This document shows, one piece after another, positions 17,373 to 25,484 of a stretch of 32,000 nt of DNA. The notes under the pieces are model-generated. The model saw nothing but the letters and a program-made list of their open reading frames with translations, searched no databases and was not told the DNA's origin. Where the stretch lies: NCBI RefSeq assembly GCF_001457615.1, contig NZ_LN831024.1, positions 5,370,001-5,402,000 on the forward strand, given 5' to 3'. This stretch comes from Pseudomonas aeruginosa. GTDB taxonomy: Bacteria; Pseudomonadota; Gammaproteobacteria; Pseudomonadales; Pseudomonadaceae. Made by a program: the position numbers and the translations under genes. Positions within the stretch are counted from its first letter, which is position 1; each line of letters starts with the position of its first letter.

Positions 17373-17438
17373 ATTCACTCTCCAGAAACTTTGATTCCGT
17401 GCGACCCGCCCGTGGGTCTCGTGCTCGGTTGACTACCC

Positions 17439-17466
17439 AGATGGGGTCGTCGCGTCGAATTTCAAG
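17439..17466 (-). promoter_or_regulatory. Sigma-32 (RpoH) promoter of dnaK-dnaJ
   Basis: The reverse strand reads CTTGAA-N14-CCCCATCT, a near-perfect match to CTTGAA-N13-17-CCCCATNT. The -35 element overlaps the grpE stop codon. Confidence 0.7.
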
Positions 17467-18022
17467 CCTGCTCGTCGATGGACGGCGGGGTTTCCGCCGG
17501 CGCCTTGCTGACTACCACCATCGCCGGACGCAGCAGGCGGCCGTTGAGCAGGTAGCCTTTCTGGAACACCTTGAGGACACTGCCCGGCTCGGCCGAAGCG
17601 CTTTCCTGCATGGCCATCGCCTGGTGCTGCTCGGGGTTGAAAGGCTCGCCTTCCGGGTTCAGCGCCTCCACCTGGTAGCGGCGCAGGGTGTCGTCGAACA
17701 TCTTCAGGGTCAGTTCCATCCCTTCGCGCATCGGCTTGATCGCCTCGTCGTTGGGATCGGACATCTCCAGGCCGCGCTCGAGGGTGTCGACCACCGCCAG
17801 CAGGTCGCCGGCGAATTTCTCCAGCGCGAACTTGTGCGCCTTCTCGACATCCTGCTCCGCACGCCGGCGTACGTTCTGCAGATCCGCGACCATGCGCAGC
17901 GCCTGGTCCTGGGCGGCAGCCAGCTGCTCCTCCAGTTCCTGCACGCGGGCGGTCAGGTCCTCGGCGGCGCCGGTGGGCTGCTCGGGGGTCTGTTGATCCA
18001 GGGTCTGCTGTTCGTCAGCCAT
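17462..18022 (-). CDS. grpE: Nucleotide exchange factor GrpE
   Basis: I place the start at the ATG at 18022 ([10 protein letters not shown], 186 aa), with a GGAGAG SD. The 29-codon extension in the track covers the promoter. The GrpE coiled-coil and beta-domain sequence is recognisable. Confidence 0.93.
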   Translation of the reverse strand: MADEQQTLDQQTPEQPTGAAEDLTARVQELEEQLAAAQDQALRMVADLQNVRRRAEQDVEKAHKFALEKFAGDLLAVVDTLERGLEMSDPNDEAIKPMREGMELTLKMFDDTLRRYQVEALNPEGEPFNPEQHQAMAMQESASAEPGSVLKVFQKGYLLNGRLLRPAMVVVSKAPAETPPSIDEQA

Positions 18023-18089
18023 GCCACTCTCCTTCAAAAATAAGCTGGCAAATACAAGGCGAACGCATAAGTTCGCAACGTTGCCGGCT

Positions 18090-18117
18090 ATATGGGGACG
18101 GCTTTCCACGGTTCAAG
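18090..18117 (-). promoter_or_regulatory. Sigma-32 (RpoH) promoter of grpE
   Basis: The reverse strand reads CTTGAA-N14-CCCCATAT, with the same architecture as the dnaK promoter. Confidence 0.7.
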
Positions 18118-18130
18118 GGGCGAGCGGCAA

Positions 18131-18165
18131 TTGCCAGCCGGAAAAAATACTGTATAAATAACCAG
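18131..18165 (+). promoter_or_regulatory. recN sigma-70 promoter with an overlapping LexA (SOS) box
   Basis: TTGCCA-N16-TATAAA. The LexA box CTGTATAAATAACCAG (18150-18165) has the CTG-N10-CAG pattern, covers the -10 element and lies 24 nt upstream of the recN ATG. Confidence 0.72.
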
Positions 18166-18189
18166 ACAAAACCCACGGAGCCGCCCGCC

Positions 18190-19866
18190 ATGCTGGTTCA
18201 CCTGTCCGTTCACAACTACGCCATCGTCGAGCACCTGGATCTCGAACTCGCTACCGGCATGAGCGTGATCACCGGCGAAACCGGTGCGGGCAAGTCGATC
18301 ATGCTCGACGCCCTCGGCCTTACCCTCGGCGACCGCGCCGACAGCGGCGCGGTCCGTCCCGGAGCGGACAAGGCCGACATTCTCGCCAGCTTCGACGTCA
18401 GCGCCATCGCCGAGGCCCGCGACTGGCTCGCCGAGCGCGACCTGGAACAGGACGGTCCGTGCATCCTGCGCCGGGTGATCACTGCCGAAGGTCGCTCGCG
18501 TGCCTACATCAACGGCACGCCCTGCCCGCTGGGCGACCTGAAGAGCCTGGGCGAACTGCTGATCGACATCCATAGCCAGCACGAGCACCAGTCGCTGCTG
18601 AAGAGCGAGACCCACCGGCGCCTGCTCGACGAGTATGCCGGCTGCCAGGAGCTGGCGCGCCAGGTGCAGCTCGCCGCGCAACGCTGGAAGCAGACCAGCC
18701 AGGAACTCGAACGCCTGTCGCGTAGCGGCGACGAACAGCGCGCCCGCCACCAGTTGCTCAGCTACCAGCTGGAAGAACTGGAAAACCTGTCCCTCGGCGA
18801 AAACGAACTGGAAAGCCTGGAGCAGGAGCAGAAGACCCTGAGCAACGCCGAAAGCCTGCTCGCCGCCTGCCGCCAAGTCGTGGAAATGTGCAGCGAGAGC
18901 GATGCCGGCAACGTCCTTTCCGCGCTCAATGCCAGCCTCAACCGCCTGACCTCGTTCAGCGGCCAGCCCGCCGCTCTCGGCGAAGCGGTCAATCTGTTGT
19001 CCAGCGCGCAGATCCAGGTCGAGGAGGCGATCGGCGAACTGAACCGCTTCGTCGACCACTTCGATGCCGATCCCAATCGCCAGCAGCAGGTCGAGGAGCG
19101 CCTGGACGTCATTTACTCCCTGGCGCGCAAGCACCGGGTCCAGCCCGTCGAACTGGCCGACCTGCAGCAGCGCCTGTTCGACGAACTGGAGGCGCTGAAC
19201 GCCGACGACGAAGCAGTCGGACGCCTGGGCGACGAGCTGGCCGCCTACGCCCGGCATTACCAGGAAAAAGCCGAAGAACTGAGCCGCCTGCGCCAGGCCG
19301 CGGCCGCACCTCTTGCCGCCAGCGTGGAGCAGGAAATGCAGCGCCTGGGCATGCCCGGGGGGCGCTTCGCCATCGTCCTGCATCCCGGCGACAGCGCCGA
19401 GCCGCAGGCCAACGGACTGGAAAGCGTGGAGTTCCTGGTCAGCGCCAACCCCGGGCAGCCGCTGAAAGGGCTGGCCAAGGTCGCCTCGGGCGGCGAACTG
19501 TCGCGGATCAGCCTGGCGATCCAGGTGATCACGGCACAGACCTCGCGCATCCCCACCCTGGTCTTCGACGAAGTCGACGTCGGCATCGGCGGCCCCACCG
19601 CCGAAGTGGTCGGACAGTTGCTGCGCCGCCTCGGCGAACGCGGCCAGGTCCTCACCGTGACCCACTTGCCGCAGGTCGCCGCCCAGGGCCACCAGCACCT
19701 GTTCGTGCACAAGGAACGCGGCAGCAGCGAAACCCGTACGGCGGTCGCCACCCTGAACAAGGCCCAGCGGATCGAGGAGATCGCCCGCATGCTCGGCGGC
19801 GTCGACCTGACCAAGGAATCCCTGGCCCACGCGAAGAAACTGGTCAACCTGGCCGCCCAGAACTGA
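18190..19866 (+). CDS. recN: DNA repair protein RecN
   Basis: This 558-aa ORF has Walker A GETGAGKS, a long coiled-coil middle, the signature-like ASGGELSRISLAIQ and Walker B LVFDEVD. Confidence 0.96.
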   Translation: MLVHLSVHNYAIVEHLDLELATGMSVITGETGAGKSIMLDALGLTLGDRADSGAVRPGADKADILASFDVSAIAEARDWLAERDLEQDGPCILRRVITAEGRSRAYINGTPCPLGDLKSLGELLIDIHSQHEHQSLLKSETHRRLLDEYAGCQELARQVQLAAQRWKQTSQELERLSRSGDEQRARHQLLSYQLEELENLSLGENELESLEQEQKTLSNAESLLAACRQVVEMCSESDAGNVLSALNASLNRLTSFSGQPAALGEAVNLLSSAQIQVEEAIGELNRFVDHFDADPNRQQQVEERLDVIYSLARKHRVQPVELADLQQRLFDELEALNADDEAVGRLGDELAAYARHYQEKAEELSRLRQAAAAPLAASVEQEMQRLGMPGGRFAIVLHPGDSAEPQANGLESVEFLVSANPGQPLKGLAKVASGGELSRISLAIQVITAQTSRIPTLVFDEVDVGIGGPTAEVVGQLLRRLGERGQVLTVTHLPQVAAQGHQHLFVHKERGSSETRTAVATLNKAQRIEEIARMLGGVDLTKESLAHAKKLVNLAAQN

Positions 19867-19886
19867 ACGTTCCTTCAATGGAAAAT

Positions 19887-19916
19887 GAAAACGGCGACCC
19901 CAGGGTCGCCGTTTTC
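19887..19916. terminator. Bidirectional intrinsic terminator between convergent recN and fur
   Basis: AAAA-ACGGCGACC-CCAG-GGTCGCCGT-TTTT, a 9-bp perfect stem with A/T tracts on both sides. Confidence 0.8.
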
Positions 19917-19935
19917 GCATGGAACCGTTGCGCGA

Positions 19936-20340
19936 CTACTTCTTCTTGCGCACGTAGAGCACCAGATTGTGATCGACCAGCTCGAAGCCGCGCTCGCGGA
20001 CGATTTCCTTCTGGCGCTTCTCGATTTCCGCATCCATGAACTCGATCACCTCACCGGTATCGACGCAGACCATGTGGTCGTGGTGGCCGCTATCGGCGAG
20101 TTCGAACACGGCATGGCCGCCATCGAAGTTGTGACGCACCACCAGGCCGGCGGCCTCGAACTGGGTCAGCACCCGATAGACGGTTGCCAGGCCCACGTCC
20201 TCGCCTGCTTCCATCAGCGCCTTGTACACGTCTTCGGCGCTCATGTGGCGTTGCTCGGCCGAGTCGAGCATCTGCAGGATCTTGACCCGCGGCAGGGTCA
20301 CTTTAAGGCCGGCTTTTCGAAGTTCGCTATTTTCAACCAT
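19936..20340 (-). CDS. fur: Ferric uptake regulator Fur
   Basis: This is a 134-aa ORF. MVENSELRKAGLKVTLPRVKILQMLDS...HHDHMVC matches P. aeruginosa Fur as I recall it. Confidence 0.96.
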   Translation of the reverse strand: MVENSELRKAGLKVTLPRVKILQMLDSAEQRHMSAEDVYKALMEAGEDVGLATVYRVLTQFEAAGLVVRHNFDGGHAVFELADSGHHDHMVCVDTGEVIEFMDAEIEKRQKEIVRERGFELVDHNLVLYVRKKK

Positions 20341-20364
20341 GTCTGCTTTCTCAGCGCGGGATGT

Positions 20365-20393
20365 TTCGCAGTATCCCGGAATACGGGTATGAT
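20365..20393 (+). promoter_or_regulatory. Candidate sigma-70 promoter for bamE/omlA in the fur-omlA divergent region
   Basis: TTCGCA-N17-TATGAT lies about 45 nt upstream of the ATG. Only the sequence match supports it. Confidence 0.3.
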
Positions 20394-20437
20394 CGGGCTT
20401 TTATTTGCCCAGCCAAGATAGTGGAAGTCGCTCACCG

Positions 20438-20968
20438 ATGCAAAACGCCAAGCTCATGCTGACCTGTCTCGCTTTCGCGGGGCTTGCCGCACTCGCCGGT
20501 TGCTCGTTTCCTGGCGTCTATAAAATCGACATCCAGCAAGGCAACGTCGTAACGCAGGACATGATAGACCAGTTGCGTCCCGGAATGACCCGACGCCAAG
20601 TGCGGTTTATCATGGGCAACCCGCTCATCGTCGATACCTTCCACGCCAATCGTTGGGACTACCTCTACAGCATCCAGCCGGGCGGCGGTCGTCGCCAGCA
20701 GGAGCGCGTCAGCCTGTTCTTCAACGACAGCGACCAGCTGGCCGGCCTGAACGGCGACTTCATGCCCGGCGTCAGCCGCGACGAAGCGATCCTCGGCAAG
20801 GAAGGCAGCACCACCGTCACCCAGCCGGCCGACCAGCAGAAACCGGAAGCGCAGAAAGAAGAGCCGCCGAAACCGGGCTCCACCCTGGAACAGCTCCAGC
20901 GCGAAGTGGACGAAGCCCAGCCGGTACCGGTTCCGACTCCCGAACCTCTGGACCCCAGCCCGCAATGA
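20438..20968 (+). CDS. bamE: Outer-membrane lipoprotein BamE (OmlA)
   Basis: I place the start at the ATG at 20438 ([24 protein letters not shown], 176 aa), which gives a signal peptide and the lipobox LAGC. It is divergent from fur, as described for omlA. It has a Pro/Glu-rich C-terminal tail. Confidence 0.9.
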
Positions 20969-20984
20969 CGGCTGGCGTTCCACG

Positions 20985-21012
20985 AAAAAGCCCGGCATTC
21001 GCCGGGCTTTTT
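20985..21012. terminator. Bidirectional intrinsic terminator between convergent bamE and the RnfH-family gene
   Basis: AAAAA-GCCCGGC-ATTC-GCCGGGC-TTTTT. Confidence 0.8.
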
Positions 21013-21035
21013 CATTTCCGCAGGAAACCCCTCGG

Positions 21036-21341
21036 CTAACCGCCTTCGCGTTCGCTCCGGGCCCGTGCGGCACGCTGCTTGCGCACCTCCTTGGGATCGG
21101 CGATCAGCGGGCGGTAGATCTCCACCCGTTCGCCGGCCTCCAGCACTCGCTCCTCCGGGCGTGCCAGGAGCTTGCCGAAGATACCCAGCGGGCAACCTTG
21201 CACATCCAGCCCTGGAAAGGCCTCGGCGATGCCGGAGAGCAGCACGGCCTCGCGTGCGCTGGTACCTGCCGGCACGCTCAGGCGCAGTAACGCCTGTCGC
21301 TCCGGCAGCGCGTAGACCACCTCGACGGCGATCTCAGCCAT
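21036..21341 (-). CDS. RnfH-family ubiquitin-fold protein (UPF0125; YfjF/RatB-like)
   Basis: This is a 101-aa ORF. MAEIAVEVVYALPERQALLRLSVPAGT...IYRPLIADPKE is typical of RnfH/YfjF. Its ATG overlaps the ratA stop by 8 nt. Confidence 0.8.
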   Translation of the reverse strand: MAEIAVEVVYALPERQALLRLSVPAGTSAREAVLLSGIAEAFPGLDVQGCPLGIFGKLLARPEERVLEAGERVEIYRPLIADPKEVRKQRAARARSEREGG

Positions 21342-21768
21342 AGAGTTGCTTGGCGCGCTGGCAGAACGCGTCGACCATGGTGTTGGCGGCCTGGGTGAAC
21401 AGCGGCCCGAGGGTCGCCTTGACCAGCGGCCCGGCGTAATCGAAGGTCAGGTCGAGGGTGATCTTGCAGGCCTTCTCGCCAAGCGCCTTGAACTGCCAGA
21501 CGCCATGCAGTTCGGTGAACGGTCCGTTTTCCAGGTTCATCTCGATGGAAGCTCCCGGCACCAACACGTTGCGGGTGGTGAAGCGCTGGCTGAGGCTACC
21601 CTTGGCCACGGTCAGCTCGGCGCGCATCAGGCTTTCGCTCTCCTCCAGGACCTGGCTGGCCGAACACCAGGGCAGGAACTCCGGATAGCGCTTCACGTCG
21701 TTCACCAAATCGAACAGCGCGCGGGCGGGATAAGGCAACAGCGCCGAACGCTGGATATGGGTGCTCAT
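21334..21768 (-). CDS. ratA: SRPBCC-fold protein RatA/YfjG (Coq10-like START domain)
   Basis: I place the start at the ATG at 21768 (MSTHIQRSALLPYPARALFDLVNDVKRYPEFLPWC, 144 aa). The 47-codon extension in the track is Arg/Pro-rich. It is divergent from smpB, as in E. coli. Confidence 0.82.
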   Translation of the reverse strand: MSTHIQRSALLPYPARALFDLVNDVKRYPEFLPWCSASQVLEESESLMRAELTVAKGSLSQRFTTRNVLVPGASIEMNLENGPFTELHGVWQFKALGEKACKITLDLTFDYAGPLVKATLGPLFTQAANTMVDAFCQRAKQLYG

Positions 21769-22043
21769 AGAACTCTCACTTCTGCTGTCGAGCGGGCGAC
21801 TCCCCAAGCATAGCCGGCGGGACGGCGGCATCCGCCACGGCGGCGCGCTGCGCCCGTCGACCGGGGCCAGGGTTCGGCAGAAAAAACGCTCAGCGCAGCC
21901 TGACGCCACTTGAAGACTTTTCTTACAAAACCTTGGCCAGCGGCCAGGAAAAGAGTGGGCATTGTCCGAAATTCACCTCTATCCCTCAAGCGCGACGCCG
22001 CCCCATAGCGGTGAAGCCGGCGACTCCCTATAATGCGCCGCCT

Positions 22044-22523
22044 ATGGCTAAGCAGAAGAAACACCCTTCGGGGACCATCGCGCAGAACAAGAAGGCTCTG
22101 CACGACTATTTCATCGAACAACGCTTCGAGGCGGGCGTCGCCCTGGCGGGCTGGGAAGTGAAAAGCCTGCGCGCCGGCAAGGCCCAGTTGGTCGACAGCT
22201 ACGTGCTGCTCAAGGATGGCGAGGCCTGGCTGCTCGGCAGCCACATCACGCCCCTGACCACCGCCAGCACGCACGTGATCGCCGACCCGGTGCGCACGCG
22301 CAAGCTGCTGCTGCACAAGCGCGAACTGGGCAAGCTGTTCGGCGCCGTGCAACAGAAGGGCTACGCCTGCGTCGCCCTGTCGATGTACTGGAAGAAGCAC
22401 CTGGTCAAGTGCGAGATCGCCCTGGCCAAGGGCAAGAAGGACTTCGACAAGCGCCACACCGAGAAGGAGCGCGACTCCGATCGGGAGATCCAGCGCGCCA
22501 TGCGCCACGGCAAGGACGACTGA
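22044..22523 (+). CDS. smpB: SsrA-binding protein SmpB
   Basis: I place the start at the ATG at 22044 ([34 protein letters not shown], 159 aa). It aligns end to end with E. coli SmpB as I recall it. Confidence 0.94.
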   Translation: MAKQKKHPSGTIAQNKKALHDYFIEQRFEAGVALAGWEVKSLRAGKAQLVDSYVLLKDGEAWLLGSHITPLTTASTHVIADPVRTRKLLLHKRELGKLFGAVQQKGYACVALSMYWKKHLVKCEIALAKGKKDFDKRHTEKERDSDREIQRAMRHGKDD

Positions 22524-22545
22524 ACGCGTCCCTGCCCGCGCCTCG

Positions 22546-23319
22546 CTATTCTTCCTGCACGCTGCGACGGCGCTGCGAGCGCTTCATCCTGCGCGCCTCT
22601 TCCTGGACCTCCGCCAGGACCTCCTGCACATAGTGGATGTGCTGGTTGGACACCTCCCGAGCCAGCTCCGCCTGACCGCTGATGATCGCGTCGTATAGGC
22701 GCTGGTGCTGCTCCATCAGTTGCGCGCGGGTTTCCGTGCGCTGCGCGTACATCCCGCCGATATTGGTCACCACGTTGCGCCGCAACAAGTCGAACAGGCC
22801 CTTGATGGTGTGCAGCAGCACGGTGTTGTGGCTGGCCTCGGCGATCGCCAGGTGGAAGCGCGCGTCGGCGGCGCCCTCTTCCGCGCTGACCTGGTCGTTG
22901 CGCGCATAGCAGGCCTGGAGCGCCTCGAAGGCCTCGGTCAGGCGCTGGTGATCGAGGGAGGTCGCACGCAGCGCCGCGTAGTAGGCACAGGACCCTTCCA
23001 GCGTGTGGCGAAACTCCAGCAGGTCGCGCTGGGCCTCCGGGTTACCTTCCAGCAGGTGCAGCAGCGGATCGCTGAAAGTCGCACCCAGCGATTCGGTCAC
23101 ATAGTTGCCGCCACCCTGGCGGCTAACCAGCAGCCCCTTCGCCACCAGTTTCTGGATCGCCTCGCGCAGCGACGGCCGGGAAACCCCGAACTGCTCGGCA
23201 AGCACGCGCTCGGCGGGCAGCCGCTCGCCGGACTTCAGCGTGCCCTCCAGGATCATCGCCTCCAGTTGCGCAACGATGTCATCCGACAGACGGCGCTGCC
23301 TGACCTGACCAAATTCCAT
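22546..23319 (-). CDS. lldR: GntR/FadR-family lactate-responsive regulator LldR
   Basis: This 257-aa ORF has an N-terminal wHTH (LPAERVLAEQFGVSRPSLREAIQKL) and a C-terminal FCD domain. It is divergent from lldP. Confidence 0.88.
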   Translation of the reverse strand: MEFGQVRQRRLSDDIVAQLEAMILEGTLKSGERLPAERVLAEQFGVSRPSLREAIQKLVAKGLLVSRQGGGNYVTESLGATFSDPLLHLLEGNPEAQRDLLEFRHTLEGSCAYYAALRATSLDHQRLTEAFEALQACYARNDQVSAEEGAADARFHLAIAEASHNTVLLHTIKGLFDLLRRNVVTNIGGMYAQRTETRAQLMEQHQRLYDAIISGQAELAREVSNQHIHYVQEVLAEVQEEARRMKRSQRRRSVQEE

Positions 23320-23521
23320 ATCCCGACACCCTTACCCGAAGTTTCGTCGCAAAGCCTCTGCCATGCGCCCAGCGCGAAAAAGAGAGGAAGCGTACCGAGC
23401 CGCTCCCCGCACCACAAGCGAGGCGCCACGAGCCCCGCACGAGCATCCTTAGACAAAAGTCGTAGACGGGCAAATTGACACGCCGAACGCTCGACTCTTA
23501 ACCTGAGCGCTCGCTTTTGTA

Positions 23522-23538
23522 AATTGGTCTTACCAATT
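23522..23538. promoter_or_regulatory. LldR operator
   Basis: AATTGGT-CTT-ACCAATT has perfect 7-nt inverted arms. It contains the FadR-family core TGGT-N3-ACCA and lies 110 nt upstream of the lldP ATG. A perfect TTGACA lies at 23475-23480. Confidence 0.7.
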
Positions 23539-23647
23539 ATGCGAGCTTTGCCAGGTTCGGCTGCCCAGCGCCCTTGCACACACAGGTCTTGGCGCGTATC
23601 CGATCTGGTCACAGGCAAACCCAACAACAATTAGGGAGCCAACCCCC

Positions 23648-25330
23648 ATGCAAGCCTGGCAACAACTCTATACCCCCCTGGGCAGTCTCGGCCTGTCGGC
23701 CGCCGCGGCCGTCATCCCGATCGTGTTCTTCTTCCTCGCCCTGGCGGTATTCCGCCTCAAGGGCCACATCGCCGGCAGCATCACCCTGGCGCTGGCCATC
23801 GCGGTGGCCATCTTCGCCTTCCACATGCCCGCCGACATGGCCTTCGCCGCCGCCGGCTACGGCTTCCTCTACGGTCTCTGGCCGATCGCCTGGATCATCG
23901 TCGCCGCGGTCTTCCTCTACAAACTGACGGTGAAGAGCGGCCAGTTCGAGGTGATCCGCAGCTCGGTGCTGTCGATTACCGGCGACCAGCGCCTGCAGGT
24001 ACTGCTGATCGGCTTCTCCTTCGGCGCCTTCCTCGAAGGCGCCGCCGGTTTCGGCGCGCCGGTGGCGATCACCGCCGCCCTGCTCGTCGGCCTCGGCTTC
24101 AATCCGCTCTACGCCGCCGGCCTGTGCCTGATCGCCAACACTGCGCCGGTGGCCTTTGGCGCACTGGGCATCCCGATCATCGTCGCCGGCCAGGTGACCG
24201 GCATCGACGCCTTCAAGATCGGCGCCATGACCGGCCGCCAACTGCCGTTCCTGTCGATCCTGGTACCGTTCTGGCTGGTGTTCATGATGGACGGCTGGCG
24301 CGGCATCCGCGAAACCTGGCCGGCCGCCATCGTCGCCGGCGGCAGCTTCGCCATCACCCAGTACCTGACGTCCAACTTCATCGGCCCGGAGTTGCCGGAC
24401 ATCACCTCAGCACTGGTCAGCCTGGTCTCCCTGACCCTGTTCCTCAAGGTCTGGCAGCCGCAGGGCGCCAGCGAAGCGCTCGCCGCAGGCGGCGGCGCGG
24501 CCGTGGCCGGTGGCGGCTTCGGCGGGCAACGCAGCGTCGAACCGTCCGCCTACAGCTTCGGCGAGATCCTCAAGGCCTGGTCGCCGTTCCTGGTGCTCAC
24601 CGTACTGGTGACCATCTGGACCCTGAAACCTTTCAAGGCCCTGTTCGCCCCGGGCGGCGAGCTCTACTGGCTGGTGTTCAACTTCGCCATCCCGCACCTC
24701 GACCAACTGGTGGTCAAGGGCGCGCCGATCGCCACCAGCGCCACGCCGATCGCGGCAGTATTCAAGTTCGACCCGATCTCCGCCACCGGCACGGCGATCT
24801 TCCTCTCGGCGTTGGTATCGATGCTCATCCTGCGCATTGGAACGAAAATTGGTATTACCACTTTCAAGGAAGTCCTGGTGGAGCTGAAGTGGCCGATCCT
24901 GTCCATCGGCATGGTCCTGGCCTTCGCCTTCGTCACCAACTACTCGGGCATGTCCACCACCCTGGCCCTGGTCCTGGCCGGTACCGGCGCGGCGTTCCCG
25001 TTCTTCTCGCCGTTCCTCGGCTGGCTGGGGGTATTCCTGACCGGTTCGGATACGTCCTCCAACGCCCTGTTCAGTTCCCTGCAGTCGACCACCGCGCACC
25101 AGATCGGGGTCAGCGACACCCTGCTGGTGGCCGCCAATACCAGCGGCGGCGTGACCGGCAAGATGATCTCCCCGCAATCCATCGCCGTGGCCTGCGCCGC
25201 GACCGGGATGGTCGGCAAGGAATCCGACCTGTTCCGCTTCACCCTGAAGCACAGCCTGATCTTCGCCGCGCTGGTCGGACTGATCACCCTGGCCCAGGCA
25301 TACCTATTCACCGGCATGCTGGTGCACTGA
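23648..25330 (+). CDS. lldP: L-lactate permease
   Basis: This is a 560-aa polytopic membrane ORF of the LctP family. AGGGAG lies 9 nt upstream of the ATG. It is the first gene of an lldP-lldD-lldE cluster. Confidence 0.92.
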   Translation: MQAWQQLYTPLGSLGLSAAAAVIPIVFFFLALAVFRLKGHIAGSITLALAIAVAIFAFHMPADMAFAAAGYGFLYGLWPIAWIIVAAVFLYKLTVKSGQFEVIRSSVLSITGDQRLQVLLIGFSFGAFLEGAAGFGAPVAITAALLVGLGFNPLYAAGLCLIANTAPVAFGALGIPIIVAGQVTGIDAFKIGAMTGRQLPFLSILVPFWLVFMMDGWRGIRETWPAAIVAGGSFAITQYLTSNFIGPELPDITSALVSLVSLTLFLKVWQPQGASEALAAGGGAAVAGGGFGGQRSVEPSAYSFGEILKAWSPFLVLTVLVTIWTLKPFKALFAPGGELYWLVFNFAIPHLDQLVVKGAPIATSATPIAAVFKFDPISATGTAIFLSALVSMLILRIGTKIGITTFKEVLVELKWPILSIGMVLAFAFVTNYSGMSTTLALVLAGTGAAFPFFSPFLGWLGVFLTGSDTSSNALFSSLQSTTAHQIGVSDTLLVAANTSGGVTGKMISPQSIAVACAATGMVGKESDLFRFTLKHSLIFAALVGLITLAQAYLFTGMLVH

Positions 25331-25368
25331 CCGCGCCCTGATCGGCCGCGCGTCGGCGATACTGCGCA

Positions 25369-25426
25369 GGAAATGGCCCGGGGAGGCTCGCCTACGATCG
25401 TAGGCCCGGCTCCCTTGGCCATTTCC
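25369..25426. repeat. 58-nt imperfect palindrome in the lldP-lldD intergenic region
   Basis: GGAAATGGCCCGGGGAGGCTCGCCTACGA / TCGTAGGCCCGGCTCCCTTGGCCATTTCC. About 24 of 29 positions are complementary, centred on CGATCG (25395-25400). Confidence 0.75.
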
Positions 25427-25484
25427 GCCGTGTCCCGCTCCACTGCGCTCGATGCAAAACCTTTCGACACAACGGAAGAGCCCA

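Noticed and set aside
18088-19920. A 610-aa minus-strand ORF opposite recN, and the 383-aa plus-strand alternate frame at 18888-20039.
   Set aside because: The recN frame carries Walker A, Walker B and the signature motif. The alternatives are Arg/Pro/Gly-rich, which is typical of off-frame translation of GC-rich coding DNA.
21985-22008. A sigma-32-like -10 element, CCCCATAG, upstream of smpB, with CTCAAG as a possible -35.
   Set aside because: The spacing is only 10 nt against the 13-17 nt required, and the -35 match is imperfect. It is probably a chance match.
22524-22545. Only 22 nt, and no visible hairpin, between convergent smpB and lldR.
   Set aside because: This was noted as slightly unusual, but short convergent gaps occur often. 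Termination may occur inside the opposing coding region or be Rho-dependent. Nothing can be concluded from the sequence alone.
23253-23630. 125-aa and 64-aa minus-strand ORFs spanning the lldR 5' end and the lldR-lldP intergenic region.
   Set aside because: They run through the operator and promoter region, overlap lldR out of frame and have no SD.
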